DNA of 64,000 nucleotides from Spirochaetota bacterium (GTDB lineage Bacteria > Spirochaetota > UBA4802 > UBA5550), in contig QKCL01000013.1 of NCBI GenBank assembly GCA_003246895.1, positions 4,363-68,362 of the forward strand, given 5' to 3'. Positions 1-10,077 of this stretch are shown here, one piece after another. Position numbers and translations under genes: made by a program. The first letter of the stretch is position 1. The number at the start of each line of letters is the position of its first letter. Under the pieces are notes generated by a model. That model ran no database searches, was not told where the DNA came from, and saw only the letters and a list, made by a program, of their open reading frames with translations.

Positions 1-440
1 GTGAATTTTTTTGAAACTTTCATTGTTTCAGAAATTTTAAAATACCACTCATAAATGAACGTCCGGCCTTCCAGACCATGAAGCCTGATGTCTGATTTAT
101 GAGAAACCTTTATTTCATTCCTCTGACGGTCCTGGAAGGTGTCAGTCTTGTCCCTGTCACGATCTTCCTTGAGATGAATGTGGAATGCAAATACCCTGCC
201 GTATTTCATATCTTTAACAGCAGTAATATGGTAAACACCGGTATGGTTTGTTTTATACAGGTCCGGAGCCTCAATCGAATGAGGGCCAAGTTTTGAATTT
301 ATATGGTTATATATCCCCTTCCCGCTCCCCTCTGGCGCATTCATCTCCATAACCAGAACATTTTTGTTTTTTTCCAGAGCAATAACTGATACTGCAGTCA
401 TTATAAACAGAAGTACTGAAATTTTTCGATTCTTCCCCAT
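1..440 (-). CDS. Secreted polysaccharide lyase-like protein (heparin lyase I / Polysacc_lyase-like), 3' end runs off the window
   Basis: Read by hand; not in the ORF track. ATG at 440 with SD AAGGAGAG upstream, open to position 1: MGKNRKISVLLFIMTAVSVIALEK...HIHLKEDRDRDKTDTFQDRQRNEIKVSHKS...TFIYEWYFKISETMKVSKKF. Signal-peptide-like N-terminus. The DRQRNEIK...YxWxFK motif is recalled from this family. Confidence 0.6.
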   Translation of the reverse strand, partial: MGKNRKISVLLFIMTAVSVIALEKNKNVLVMEMNAPEGSGKGIYNHINSKLGPHSIEAPDLYKTNHTGVYHITAVKDMKYGRVFAFHIHLKEDRDRDKTDTFQDRQRNEIKVSHKSDIRLHGLEGRTFIYEWYFKISETMKVSKKF

Positions 441-524
441 TCCATCTCTCCTTAAAACAGAGCCGCTTAATAAAATTATAAAATAATATTCATGAATTGA
501 CAATCCCTAAACTATTATTATATT

Positions 525-2417
525 TTGAAAAATAAATATAACAGACGGGCTACTGCGATAAAACTTAAACTTAAAATAATCATCTTTTCTTTTCTGCTCC
601 TTCCTATGCAGCTGCTTGCCGGAAATTATAATATACTGGTACTTCATTCGTACCATCAGGGAATGAGCTGGACCGATGATATCACAAAGGGCATCAACAG
701 TTTTTTCAGTGATAAACCTGTAAACCTGCACTATGAATATCTCGATACGAAAAGAAACATCAGCGAAGAATATTTTCAGAACCTCAGAAAGCTCTACAGC
801 CTGAAACACCGGTACATACGGTTTGATGCTATCATAGCCTGTGACAATAATGCCCTGAAGTTCATAAACGACGGGTACCTGACCAGTTCCGGATCGTCCC
901 CCGTGATATTCTGCGGAGTAAACAACTTCTCCCGCAGAATGATCAGCAGGCTGAAAGATGTTTCAGGCATTACTGAAGAAGAGGATTTTGAATCCAATAT
1001 TAAAATGATATTAAAAATTCATCCTGATCTGAAAGATATATATGTAATAACCGATAACAGAACAGCCACGGCTGTTGAAACGAAGAAAGTCTTCATGGAA
1101 GCGGCCGGAAAACTCAAACCGGGAAAGAGAATAATCTTTATGGAAAACTTTCCCCTCGATATTCTCCTGAAAAAAATAAGAATGATACCTCCTTCGGGCT
1201 CAGTAATTTTTATGCTTAATTTCAACAAGGACATTAACCATATCTATATTTCAAATGAAGATGCAATTGAACTTGTTTCAGAAAACTCACCGGTTCCGGC
1301 TTACGGCACATGGAATTTTTTTCTCGGTCACGGCATCACCGGCGGTATAATTATAACCGGATTTGACCAGGGACTCGATGCCGCAAAAATAACATGGGAT
1401 GTCATCAATCACAAAAATTCCAGTTTCAGTAAAATCACACGGTCCAGACCTGGGAAAGCGGTGTTTGACTTTAACATGCTGAAAAAATACGGAATCAGCA
1501 CTTCAAATCTTCCAGACAATTCGACAATAATAAACCGGCCTGAAAAACCATCCAAAAAGTATCTTAAGGCTCTCATGATTCTGTTCATTATTCTCCTGCT
1601 ATTTATAACTGTATTTCTGATAAACAGAAGAATATACCTTATAAAACAGGAGAAGCTTCAGAAGGAACAGGACAGACTAAGGAAAGAGATTGACCATCAC
1701 ACATTGGAGCTCAAAAAAAACCTGAATGACAGGGAAAAACTTCTTTCCGCCATCGGCCACGACCTGAGGAGCCCCCTCATAAATATTCTAAGCATGATAA
1801 AACTCTTTAATATGAGAAACAGCAGAAACAATGATGAAACCGGTCACCTTATGAAAGTACTGCAGTTATCAACAGAACCTGTTCTTGAACTCCTTGACAA
1901 CCTGCTTTACTGGGGGCAGAACAGCATGAACGGAATAAAACCTGAAATTGGAATTCTAGATCTTAACGAACTCCTAAAAAGGACCGTGGATATATTCACC
2001 TTCCCTCTTGAATACAAAGGAATAAAACTTACTGTTAATGTGGAAAATAAATCTTCCGCAGTGGGTGACAAAAATATTATTCAGCTTGTAGTAAGAAACC
2101 TTATTTCAAACAGTGTAAAATACACGCAGCATGGAGGCAACATAACTGTTTCTGCTGTATCTTCAGATAATCTTATAACCATCTCGGTATGTGATTCAGG
2201 AACAGGGTTCCCCGCTGAAACAATTGAGCTCATTAAGCATTCAAATTCAGTTAAAAGCACAAAGGGCACGTTCAATGAAAAAGGCATGGGCATGGGACTT
2301 ATTCTGTGCCGTGATCTTCTCAGGCTCCACGACACCGCTCTTCATGTCAGAAATAATGAAACAGCCGGAGCATGTGTTTCATTTTCACTTCCCTCTTCAA
2401 AACAGAATTTATTGTAG
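525..2417 (+). CDS. Membrane sensor histidine kinase with ABC-substrate-binding-like periplasmic domain
   Basis: Signal/TM, ILVLHSYHQG...WT sensor motif, TM at about aa 347-367, H-box IGHDLRSPL, N-box NLISNSVKY, DSGTG and GMGMGL G-boxes. Start codon uncertain. Confidence 0.9.
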   Translation: MKNKYNRRATAIKLKLKIIIFSFLLLPMQLLAGNYNILVLHSYHQGMSWTDDITKGINSFFSDKPVNLHYEYLDTKRNISEEYFQNLRKLYSLKHRYIRFDAIIACDNNALKFINDGYLTSSGSSPVIFCGVNNFSRRMISRLKDVSGITEEEDFESNIKMILKIHPDLKDIYVITDNRTATAVETKKVFMEAAGKLKPGKRIIFMENFPLDILLKKIRMIPPSGSVIFMLNFNKDINHIYISNEDAIELVSENSPVPAYGTWNFFLGHGITGGIIITGFDQGLDAAKITWDVINHKNSSFSKITRSRPGKAVFDFNMLKKYGISTSNLPDNSTIINRPEKPSKKYLKALMILFIILLLFITVFLINRRIYLIKQEKLQKEQDRLRKEIDHHTLELKKNLNDREKLLSAIGHDLRSPLINILSMIKLFNMRNSRNNDETGHLMKVLQLSTEPVLELLDNLLYWGQNSMNGIKPEIGILDLNELLKRTVDIFTFPLEYKGIKLTVNVENKSSAVGDKNIIQLVVRNLISNSVKYTQHGGNITVSAVSSDNLITISVCDSGTGFPAETIELIKHSNSVKSTKGTFNEKGMGMGLILCRDLLRLHDTALHVRNNETAGACVSFSLPSSKQNLL

Positions 2418-2475
2418 ACAAAAGGGGCTTTACTGATTTTTGTATCCAGATACAGTATTTTTTCAGGACCTTCCA

Positions 2476-3378
2476 ATGGATAAACAAGTATATAAATCTG
2501 ATATGTTTCTGCTCATTACTGCATTTATTTGGGGTGCCGGTTTTGTAGCACAGCGGGTCGGCATGGACCACATGGGCCCCTTTACATTCAACGGCATAAG
2601 ATTCCTGCTGGGTGCGATTATTCTCATCCCATTCTATAAAAAATTCAGTAACAATCATAATAATATCTCCGGCAAAGCAATATTCCGTTCAGGACTTCTG
2701 GCAGGTTCAGTGCTGTTTATCGCCGCTGCATTCCAGCAGTATGGACTGGTATATACCACTGCAGGCAAGGCCGGTTTCATAACAGGACTCTACGTTATTA
2801 TTGTGCCTTTTCTTGGACTGTTTTTCGGCTTCAGAGCCAATGCCGGCGGGATTATCGGAGCTTTACTTGCCACAACGGGCCTGTATCTCCTCAGTGTCAC
2901 AGAAAATCTCACCATTGACACCGGTGATGCTCTGGTTCTTGGGGGAGCTGTATTCTGGGCCCTTCACGTTCTTGTAATAGGAATTCTGTCGCCGAAAGTC
3001 AACGGAGTAATTCTCGCCAGTCTGCAGTTTGCAGTTTGCGGGGCTCTAAGCATTGTTGTTGCCTGCTTCACGGAAACCATTACAATCACAGGCATTTCAG
3101 GAGGCATATATGCCCTTCTCTTCGGAGGTATTTTTTCAGTTGCCATTGCCTACACACTTCAGGTAATTGCCCAGAAGGACGCTCCTCCCGTACATGCAGC
3201 CATAATTCTGAGCCTTGAATCGGTTTTTGGAGCCCTTACAGGGTGGCTGCTCCTTAATGAAATCATGACAACAAGATCCATGACCGGATGCATACTCATG
3301 CTTTCCGGGATGATAACTGCACAGGTTCTTCCTCTGCTTGCTTCAAAAGTTAAATCCATGAAAAATATTACGGAATAG
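2476..3378 (+). CDS. DMT/EamA family transporter
   Basis: About 10 TM helices, IWGAGFVAQ, AGFITGLY, AAIILSLESVF. ATG at 2476 has AGGA upstream. Confidence 0.9.
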   Translation: MDKQVYKSDMFLLITAFIWGAGFVAQRVGMDHMGPFTFNGIRFLLGAIILIPFYKKFSNNHNNISGKAIFRSGLLAGSVLFIAAAFQQYGLVYTTAGKAGFITGLYVIIVPFLGLFFGFRANAGGIIGALLATTGLYLLSVTENLTIDTGDALVLGGAVFWALHVLVIGILSPKVNGVILASLQFAVCGALSIVVACFTETITITGISGGIYALLFGGIFSVAIAYTLQVIAQKDAPPVHAAIILSLESVFGALTGWLLLNEIMTTRSMTGCILMLSGMITAQVLPLLASKVKSMKNITE

Positions 3379-3478
3379 ACTTAATAATACATTCCCGGAA
3401 AGTATGTTGATAAAATTCTAATTGACTTTTGAAAAATGGGCTCACCTATTAGATTATTACAAAATCTAGGGGGGCATC

Positions 3479-4234
3479 ATGAAAATAAAACACTTACTTA
3501 TTTCTGCTCTTTGTTTATTCATTGCAGCAGGCACAGTATCATGCGGAAAACAGGAGAAGGTTACAACAATTACAGTTGCATCCGATGCGACCTGGCCGCC
3601 AATGGAAATGATAAACAAGGACAAAAAAATTGAAGGTTATGCAATCGATTTCTTCAATGCAGTAGGTAAAGAAGCAGGTATCAAATTCGAATTCAAGAAC
3701 ACAGCATGGGACGGTATTTTCGCAGGCCTTGCAGCAGGAAAATATGACATGGTTGTATCTTCAGTTACTATAACAGATAAAAGAAAGAAAACAATGGATT
3801 TCAGTGAGCCGTATTTTGAAAGCGGCCAGGCTCTTGTTGTAATGAAAAGCTCAACAGCAAAATCAATTGCAGACCTGAAAGGCAAAAAAGTTGGAGCCCA
3901 GATCGGAACAACAGGTGCCTTTGAAGTTAAAAAGAACAATGGCGTTACTCTTAAAACATATGATGAAGTTGGACTTGCATTTGAAGACATGGCGGCAGGA
4001 AGAATTGACGGTGTTGTATGCGACACTCCTGTAGCAGCAAATTATGCTCTTCAGAAAGCTGAATACAAAAATAAATTTATAATAGCAGTAAACATTCCTA
4101 CCAAGGAATTCTACGGTGCGGCTTTCCCAAAAGGGAAAAAAGAACTTCTTGAAAAAGTCAACAAGGGAATTCAGGCTGTTAAGGCAAAGGGAATCGATAA
4201 AGAGCTCGTAAAAAAATGGATCGGAACTAAATAA
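3479..4234 (+). CDS. Polar/basic amino acid ABC transporter substrate-binding lipoprotein
   Basis: Lipobox TVSC, DATWPPME, WDGIFAGL, GAQIGTTG (SBP family 3). Confidence 0.92.
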   Translation: MKIKHLLISALCLFIAAGTVSCGKQEKVTTITVASDATWPPMEMINKDKKIEGYAIDFFNAVGKEAGIKFEFKNTAWDGIFAGLAAGKYDMVVSSVTITDKRKKTMDFSEPYFESGQALVVMKSSTAKSIADLKGKKVGAQIGTTGAFEVKKNNGVTLKTYDEVGLAFEDMAAGRIDGVVCDTPVAANYALQKAEYKNKFIIAVNIPTKEFYGAAFPKGKKELLEKVNKGIQAVKAKGIDKELVKKWIGTK

Positions 4235-4249
4235 GAGCAAGATATAACA

Positions 4250-5050
4250 GTGGATTTAGAAAAGAATAAAACAATAAAAGACGGCGCCATAAATGTCGGT
4301 GATGGCGCCGCCATCCCTTCAAAACAGGACCGTGGACTCTTCAATGCATGGAGGGTCGCTTTCTTCGGAGCCATCGGAACAATCCTGTACCTGGTTATAG
4401 CAAAGCCGGATCCCTACCTTTCAATACTGAAATTTCTGCCCGATGGAATTCTTGTAACTTTTCAGGTAACTGTGGAAGCAATACTTCTCGCTTTAGTGAT
4501 AGGACTCTTCGCAGGACTTGGAAGAATTTCAAGAAATCCATTTATCAACGGGCTTTCGTCTCTTTATGTCGAGGTAATAAGGGGAATACCGCTTCTGGTT
4601 CAGCTCTTTTATATCTATTTTGCCCTTGGCAGGATTGTGAATGTTCCGGCAATAGCAAGTGCAGTTATTGCAATGGCCATCTGCTACGGAGCCTACATGG
4701 CTGAGATAGTAAGAGCCGGCATCGAGTCCATTCCCAAGGGACAGATGGAAGCAGCCAGATCCCTGGGACTTTCACATGCCCAGGCAATGCGCCATGTAAT
4801 TCTTCCTCAGGCCATAAAAAATATACTTCCTCCCATAGGAAATGAATTTGTTGCGCTTTTGAAAGACTCTTCTCTTGTATCGATTCTTGCTGTATCCGAC
4901 CTTCTCAGGAGAGGAAGAGAATTTGCGTCAGAATCATTCAACTATTTTGAAACATATACAATGGTTGCCCTGATGTATCTACTGATAACACTGATTCTGT
5001 CAAAACTTATCAGCATTATGGAGGAACGCCTAAGTGTCAAATCAAGATAG
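4250..5050 (+). CDS. Amino acid ABC transporter permease (HisM/GlnP family)
   Basis: [35 protein letters not shown] loop, LLKDSSL. Confidence 0.93.
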   Translation: MDLEKNKTIKDGAINVGDGAAIPSKQDRGLFNAWRVAFFGAIGTILYLVIAKPDPYLSILKFLPDGILVTFQVTVEAILLALVIGLFAGLGRISRNPFINGLSSLYVEVIRGIPLLVQLFYIYFALGRIVNVPAIASAVIAMAICYGAYMAEIVRAGIESIPKGQMEAARSLGLSHAQAMRHVILPQAIKNILPPIGNEFVALLKDSSLVSILAVSDLLRRGREFASESFNYFETYTMVALMYLLITLILSKLISIMEERLSVKSR

Positions 5051-5780
5051 TAACGTAATGGTGGACATCCGAAATGCCACAAAAAATTTCGGTTCACTCA
5101 AGGCCGTGAACAATGTTTCACTTCAGGTTTATGACGGAGAGAAAGTTGTAATAATCGGGCCAAGCGGAAGCGGCAAGAGTACGCTTCTCCGTTCAATAAA
5201 CCAGCTTGAAAAAATAGATTCAGGAACAATCATCGTTGACGGAGTTGACATAAATAATCCCAAAGCCGACATCAACAAGGTCAGGGAAGAGGTTGGAATG
5301 GTATTCCAGTCTTTCAATGTGTTTCCCCATAAAACGGTTCTTGACAATGTAAACATGGCCCAGCTCATTGTTAGAAAGCGGAGCATTAAAGAGGCCACTG
5401 AAATCTCCCGCCAGCTGCTCGAAAAAGTCGGAATACTGGAAAAAGAGAAACAGTACCCCGGCAATCTTTCCGGAGGCCAGCAGCAGAGAGTTGCCATTGC
5501 CAGGGCACTTGCAATGAAACCCAAAATAATGCTTTTCGATGAACCGACTTCAGCTCTGGACCCTGAAATGATTGGCGAGGTTCTCGATGTAATGACAACC
5601 CTTGCAAAAGAGGGAATGACAATGGTTGTAGTGACTCATGAAATGGGCTTTGCCCGCGAGGTGGCAGACAGGGTAATCTTCATGGATCATGGCCAGATAA
5701 TTGAGACAGGAACACCGGAACATTTCTTCACTAATCCTGAAAATGAAAGAGCTAAAACCTTTCTCAGCCAGATACTTTAA
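5034..5780 (+). CDS. Amino acid ABC transporter ATP-binding protein (GlnQ family)
   Basis: Walker [35 protein letters not shown]. Confidence 0.95.
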   Translation: MSNQDSNVMVDIRNATKNFGSLKAVNNVSLQVYDGEKVVIIGPSGSGKSTLLRSINQLEKIDSGTIIVDGVDINNPKADINKVREEVGMVFQSFNVFPHKTVLDNVNMAQLIVRKRSIKEATEISRQLLEKVGILEKEKQYPGNLSGGQQQRVAIARALAMKPKIMLFDEPTSALDPEMIGEVLDVMTTLAKEGMTMVVVTHEMGFAREVADRVIFMDHGQIIETGTPEHFFTNPENERAKTFLSQIL

Positions 5781-5850
5781 TTACATCATGCAGGGGCAGC
5801 ACCATTCACGGATGTCTCTGTATGACCCACTTTCTTGAACAGGACTTTTT

Positions 5851-6357
5851 TTGAACAGAGACAATATCATTCTAACAGGAATGCCAGGAGCAGGGAAAAG
5901 CACTACAGGCATTCTCCTTGCCAAAACACTTGGATTTAACTTCACAGACACAGACCTTGTTATACAGCAAAGATATTCAAGGCTGCTGCAGGATATAATC
6001 AATAATGATGGCATTGAAACATTTCTCAAATATGAGGAGGAGGCGATACTGTCTCTTGACTTCAGTGATACAGTAATTGCAACGGGGGGAAGCGCGGTTT
6101 ATTCAGAAAAAGCCATGAAAAAACTGAAATCTGCGGGCACAGTAATTTTCCTCGACGCAGAGACAGAAACCCTCTGCAGACGGCTGAACAACATTACCAC
6201 AAGGGGGATAGCCATGAACCCGAACCAGACGATTTCAGACCTCAAAAAAGTACGAGATCCCCTTTACATAAAATACGCTGATATAATAATAAAAATTGGT
6301 GAAGAAACAAGTGAGACCACTGTTGGTTCAATACTTAAAAAACTTCAGATACCATAA
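5851..6357 (+). CDS. aroK: Shikimate kinase
   Basis: GMPGAGKST, DTD, VIATGGS, RDPLY. TTG start with AGGA upstream. Confidence 0.9.
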   Translation: MNRDNIILTGMPGAGKSTTGILLAKTLGFNFTDTDLVIQQRYSRLLQDIINNDGIETFLKYEEEAILSLDFSDTVIATGGSAVYSEKAMKKLKSAGTVIFLDAETETLCRRLNNITTRGIAMNPNQTISDLKKVRDPLYIKYADIIIKIGEETSETTVGSILKKLQIP

Positions 6358-6432
6358 AAACTCTTGATTTATCCCTGCCTGTTCTGAAATCTGATTACAA
6401 CTCCTTACAAAAATATTTTCACAGAGGTTTAC

Positions 6433-6813
6433 ATGAGCACAAGAGAAAACATCATAAGAGACTATGTTACAGCATATAATAACTTCGACATAGAAGGCAT
6501 GGTAAAGAACCTGCGGAACGACGTGGAATTTATAAACGAATACAGGGGTGATGTTACCATGACAACAAATACCATCGAAGAATTCAAGGGTCAGGCTGAA
6601 CATGCCAAAAACTATTTCCAGTTCAGGGAAATAAAAATAACCGATCTTGCAGAAAGGGATAACACTGTCACCATATCAACTGAATTCAGCGCAGGGATGA
6701 TTGTTGAGAAAAAACCCGGATACCCGGCCAAGATACAGAATGTTGAGATGAAGGGCACAACAATTTTCTATTTTGAGGACGATACTATTACCAAGATGAG
6801 GGATATCTACTGA
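6433..6813 (+). CDS. NTF2/SnoaL-like family protein
   Basis: YVTAYNNFDIEGM...DVEF N-terminus, C-terminal FYFEDDTITKMRD, SD GAGG. Confidence 0.8.
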   Translation: MSTRENIIRDYVTAYNNFDIEGMVKNLRNDVEFINEYRGDVTMTTNTIEEFKGQAEHAKNYFQFREIKITDLAERDNTVTISTEFSAGMIVEKKPGYPAKIQNVEMKGTTIFYFEDDTITKMRDIY

Positions 6814-6822
6814 TATCCCTTT

Positions 6823-8289
6823 CTACTCATTAACAATAACTGTATGAAGCTTTGTGAGCTCATCAATACTGTATTTAAGACCTTCCCTGCCGATTCCAGA
6901 ATTTTTGTTTCCCCCAAATGGGAAATGTCCCACTCCATGAGCCGGCGCACCGTTTATTGTCACAGTACCGTCTTCAAGTTTTCCGGAAACAGAAAATGCT
7001 GTTTTTATGCTTTCAGTAAAGACACAGCTGTCAAGCCCGTATTCCGATCTGTTTGACACTGTTACAGCTTCCTCAGCATCCTTTACAGTAATAACCGGAA
7101 GTACAGGACCGAATATTTCCTCAGAAGCAATTGCCATTTCAGGTTTTACATTATCAATCAGGGTCGGTTCATAAAAAAGTCCGCTGTATGACCCGCCCCT
7201 GAGAATTATCGCGCCGTCTTTTACTGCTCCACTAACCAGTGCATCAATTCTTTCAACAGCAGATTTATTAATTACAGGTCCCACGGCAGTTTCATCATCC
7301 ATGGGATTTCCTGTTCTATACTTCTCCATCTCCAGCAAAAAAAGGCTCAGAAACTTCTCTTTAACAGATTCTTCAATTAACAGCCTGCTTACCGCATCAC
7401 ATCTCTGGCCGGAATTCCGGAAAACCCCTTTGGCAATGTGTTTAACTGCATTTTCCATATCTGCATCGGCAAGCACTATTGCTGCCGCATTACCGCCAAG
7501 TTCAAGATGAAGCTTTTTAAGCCCTGCTCTTGAAGCAATATGCTTTCCAATTGATGTGGAACCTGTAAATGTAATGGCTGCAACATTTTCACTCTCAATG
7601 AGAAAATCTCCTATCTCACCACCGCGTCCTGTAACAGCGCTGATTGCACCCAGCGGCAGACCTGCAAGTTCAAGAATTCTTACAAAGTGCAGGAGAGCAA
7701 GAGGTGTTTCACTGGATGGTTTTGCGATAACACTGTTTCCTGCGAGTAAGGCCGGAATTATTTTTGCCGCAGCAATATACAGTGGATAATTGAAAGATGA
7801 AATAGCAAGAACAGTTCCCAGCGGTTTTCTTACCACTACTGCAAACTTGTTCTGAGTATCCTCAACCCATTCTCCGGGAATGTACTCACCGTAAAGAACT
7901 CTTACCTCCTGAAGTGTCAGCTTGAGTCTTTCCGCAGTAGCCATAACCTCCCCTCTTGATACGGAGACGGGCTTGCCCGATTCAAGGGTTATTACCCGGG
8001 CCATCTCCTCCTGATTATCAAGAAGAATTTCCCTGGCCCTCTCCATTACTTCAAGCCTTTTCACGGCTGTGAGAGCATTGTCCCTGTTATACCTTTCAGC
8101 TGCCTCAATGGCCCGCAGGGCTTCTGCTTTCTCACAATTTGGAACTCTGGCGATAACGGATCCGTCTGCAGGATTTAACACGTCGAAATACCTGTTTCCG
8201 GTATGACATCCCCAGCAGCCGCTTATGAGAGTATCATAGACCCTGCAGCCATTTTCCTCTCTCCATATCCCTGCTATTTCATTTTTCAT
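6823..8289 (-). CDS. gapN: Aldehyde dehydrogenase, non-phosphorylating glyceraldehyde-3-phosphate dehydrogenase (GAPN)-like
   Basis: FNYPL, FTGS, LELGG (catalytic Glu), GQRCD (catalytic Cys), EEIFGP, FPFGGNKNSG, GEYIPGEW segment. Confidence 0.75.
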   Translation of the reverse strand: MKNEIAGIWREENGCRVYDTLISGCWGCHTGNRYFDVLNPADGSVIARVPNCEKAEALRAIEAAERYNRDNALTAVKRLEVMERAREILLDNQEEMARVITLESGKPVSVSRGEVMATAERLKLTLQEVRVLYGEYIPGEWVEDTQNKFAVVVRKPLGTVLAISSFNYPLYIAAAKIIPALLAGNSVIAKPSSETPLALLHFVRILELAGLPLGAISAVTGRGGEIGDFLIESENVAAITFTGSTSIGKHIASRAGLKKLHLELGGNAAAIVLADADMENAVKHIAKGVFRNSGQRCDAVSRLLIEESVKEKFLSLFLLEMEKYRTGNPMDDETAVGPVINKSAVERIDALVSGAVKDGAIILRGGSYSGLFYEPTLIDNVKPEMAIASEEIFGPVLPVITVKDAEEAVTVSNRSEYGLDSCVFTESIKTAFSVSGKLEDGTVTINGAPAHGVGHFPFGGNKNSGIGREGLKYSIDELTKLHTVIVNE

Positions 8290-8462
8290 TTACCATACTC
8301 CTGATAATCTTTTAATGGAACTTCAAAAGTACATTATGAATCCTTCCCGGCAGTCTTTATGGCAATACAAAACCGGCATATGGATATCCCGAATAGAACA
8401 AAGCTTTTCAGAAACATCTTTAAATATTATAGTTACACATGAAACTAAATCAATAATAATCT

Positions 8463-9065
8463 TTATTTTGCCTTTGGAAGACTCCATCTGTTCTGAATCG
8501 AAAGCAGCCGAACTGCAATGACAACAAATACAGAAACAATTATATTGATGTTCCTTGATGCGTTGAAATACTCGAGAGCCAGAAAAAGGAACCCCCCGGC
8601 CATGCAGGCTGATGCATAAATTTCTCTGGTAAGGACAAGCGGAATCTCCTGCTGAAGAACATCCCTTATCATTCCCCCTGCAGTACCTGTCATGACACCC
8701 ATAAGCAGAGCACCAAGATACCCTATATCTGCATCAAGACCGATGGATATACCTATGACCGTAAACACCCCGAGTCCTATGGCATCCATGACCAGCAGAA
8801 GTTTAAACCGCAGCTCCACCTGCTTATGAAAGAAAAAAACCAGAAGGGCCGCCGCAATGGAAACATAAAGGTAATTGTAATCCTCAAAAATAAATGGAGG
8901 GGTCCTCCCGAGAAGGACATCCCTTATGGTTCCTCCACCAACTGCAGTGACAATTGCAAGGACAAGAATGCCGTAGATATCCATCTTTTTTCTCACCCCT
9001 GCAATTGCCCCGCTTATGGCAAAGGCGAAGGTTCCAAATATGTCAAAAATATATATCAGTTTCAT
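8463..9065 (-). CDS. TRIC / UPF0126 (YadS-like) membrane protein
   Basis: Duplicated motifs FAISGA, TAVGGGTIRD, DAIGLG, GGMIRDVL, EIYA. Confidence 0.9.
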   Translation of the reverse strand: MKLIYIFDIFGTFAFAISGAIAGVRKKMDIYGILVLAIVTAVGGGTIRDVLLGRTPPFIFEDYNYLYVSIAAALLVFFFHKQVELRFKLLLVMDAIGLGVFTVIGISIGLDADIGYLGALLMGVMTGTAGGMIRDVLQQEIPLVLTREIYASACMAGGFLFLALEYFNASRNINIIVSVFVVIAVRLLSIQNRWSLPKAK

Positions 9066-9186
9066 TTTTATACTCCGGATAACTGCGCATTATTCATAAG
9101 CGAAACCGAAAAGTCAAACAGAGTTTTTTACTTTACACCAGACAGCAACAGGTTCTTCGTTTATTTATGCAGGAGAAAACTGAAAA

Positions 9187-9633
9187 ATGAACGGCAGTGA
9201 TACCATAACAATAATAATTGCAGATTCTGAAGCTGAGGGCATTCTGGACTCGGTGCTAAAGATCAGACATGAAGTTTTTATAAAGGGGCAGAATGTTCCT
9301 GCCGAAAGGGATATTGACGGACTCGATGACAGTTCCACTCATGTGCTGTTAAAACATGAAGGAGAAGATGTCGCCTGTGCCAGGATAAGAAATGATGGCA
9401 GTACTTTTAAAATTGAGCGTCTGGCCGTTCTTGACAGATTCAGGGGACTTGGACTCTCCCGCCTTCTCATGATTAAAATTCTCGGATACGGTTCACAGCA
9501 TGGAGCAGCAGGGTTCAAAATTCATGCCCAGAAATATCTTGAAAACTACTACAGAACATTTGGTTTTGAATCATATGGGGATTACTTCATGGATGCCGGT
9601 ATTGAACACATTGAAATGACCATGAAAAACTGA
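9187..9633 (+). CDS. GNAT family N-acetyltransferase (ElaA/YjcF-like)
   Basis: IRHEVF, IERLAV...RGLG, HAQ...YY...GF, DAGIEHIEM. Confidence 0.9.
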   Translation: MNGSDTITIIIADSEAEGILDSVLKIRHEVFIKGQNVPAERDIDGLDDSSTHVLLKHEGEDVACARIRNDGSTFKIERLAVLDRFRGLGLSRLLMIKILGYGSQHGAAGFKIHAQKYLENYYRTFGFESYGDYFMDAGIEHIEMTMKN

Positions 9634-9669
9634 ACCTGCCAAAACAGAATAATTAATCTCAGACAAATC

Positions 9670-10077
9670 CTAGATGTTTTTCATAAATCTTCTCAGGTAT
9701 TCCTGAAACGAATTAATGTCACTTTCTGTAAATTCTCCAGTGCATTCCTTTGTAAGCTCATAGTGATACTGTGAATGCTTTTCATATTCCTTTCTTCCGC
9801 TTTCAGTAAGCCTGATCACATATGAACGCCTGTCGCCCGGATTGGGAATCCTTTTAACGAGTCCCCTTTTTTCAAGCCTGTCAATGGTAACAGTAAGAGT
9901 ACCTGTTGTGACACCCATTTTTGAGGCAAGATCCTTCATTCTTATTGATTCATTGCCGCCAAGTATTTCAATTGTGTGCATTTGAGGGAGAGAAATACCG
10001 CTCTCCTCAACTACTGAATGTTCCCATGAGGAAAGCCTTTCATAAAACTCTATAATCAAATCCGACAGATCCTTCAT
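9670..10077 (-). CDS. MarR family transcriptional regulator
   Basis: wHTH with LTVTIDRLEKRGLVKR, DRRS...LTESG. Start overlaps the ATPase stop. Confidence 0.9.
   Translation of the reverse strand: MKDLSDLIIEFYERLSSWEHSVVEESGISLPQMHTIEILGGNESIRMKDLASKMGVTTGTLTVTIDRLEKRGLVKRIPNPGDRRSYVIRLTESGRKEYEKHSQYHYELTKECTGEFTESDINSFQEYLRRFMKNI

Noticed and set aside
4282..4312. Inverted repeat GGCGCCAT...ATGGCGCC in the permease 5' end
   Set aside because: Explained by the repeated DGA codons containing a self-complementary hexamer. No U-tract.
8200..8222. CWGCH (CxxCH heme-c motif) near the N-terminus of the aldehyde dehydrogenase
   Set aside because: Cytoplasmic enzyme with no signal peptide. The motif lies in a variable segment and is probably chance.
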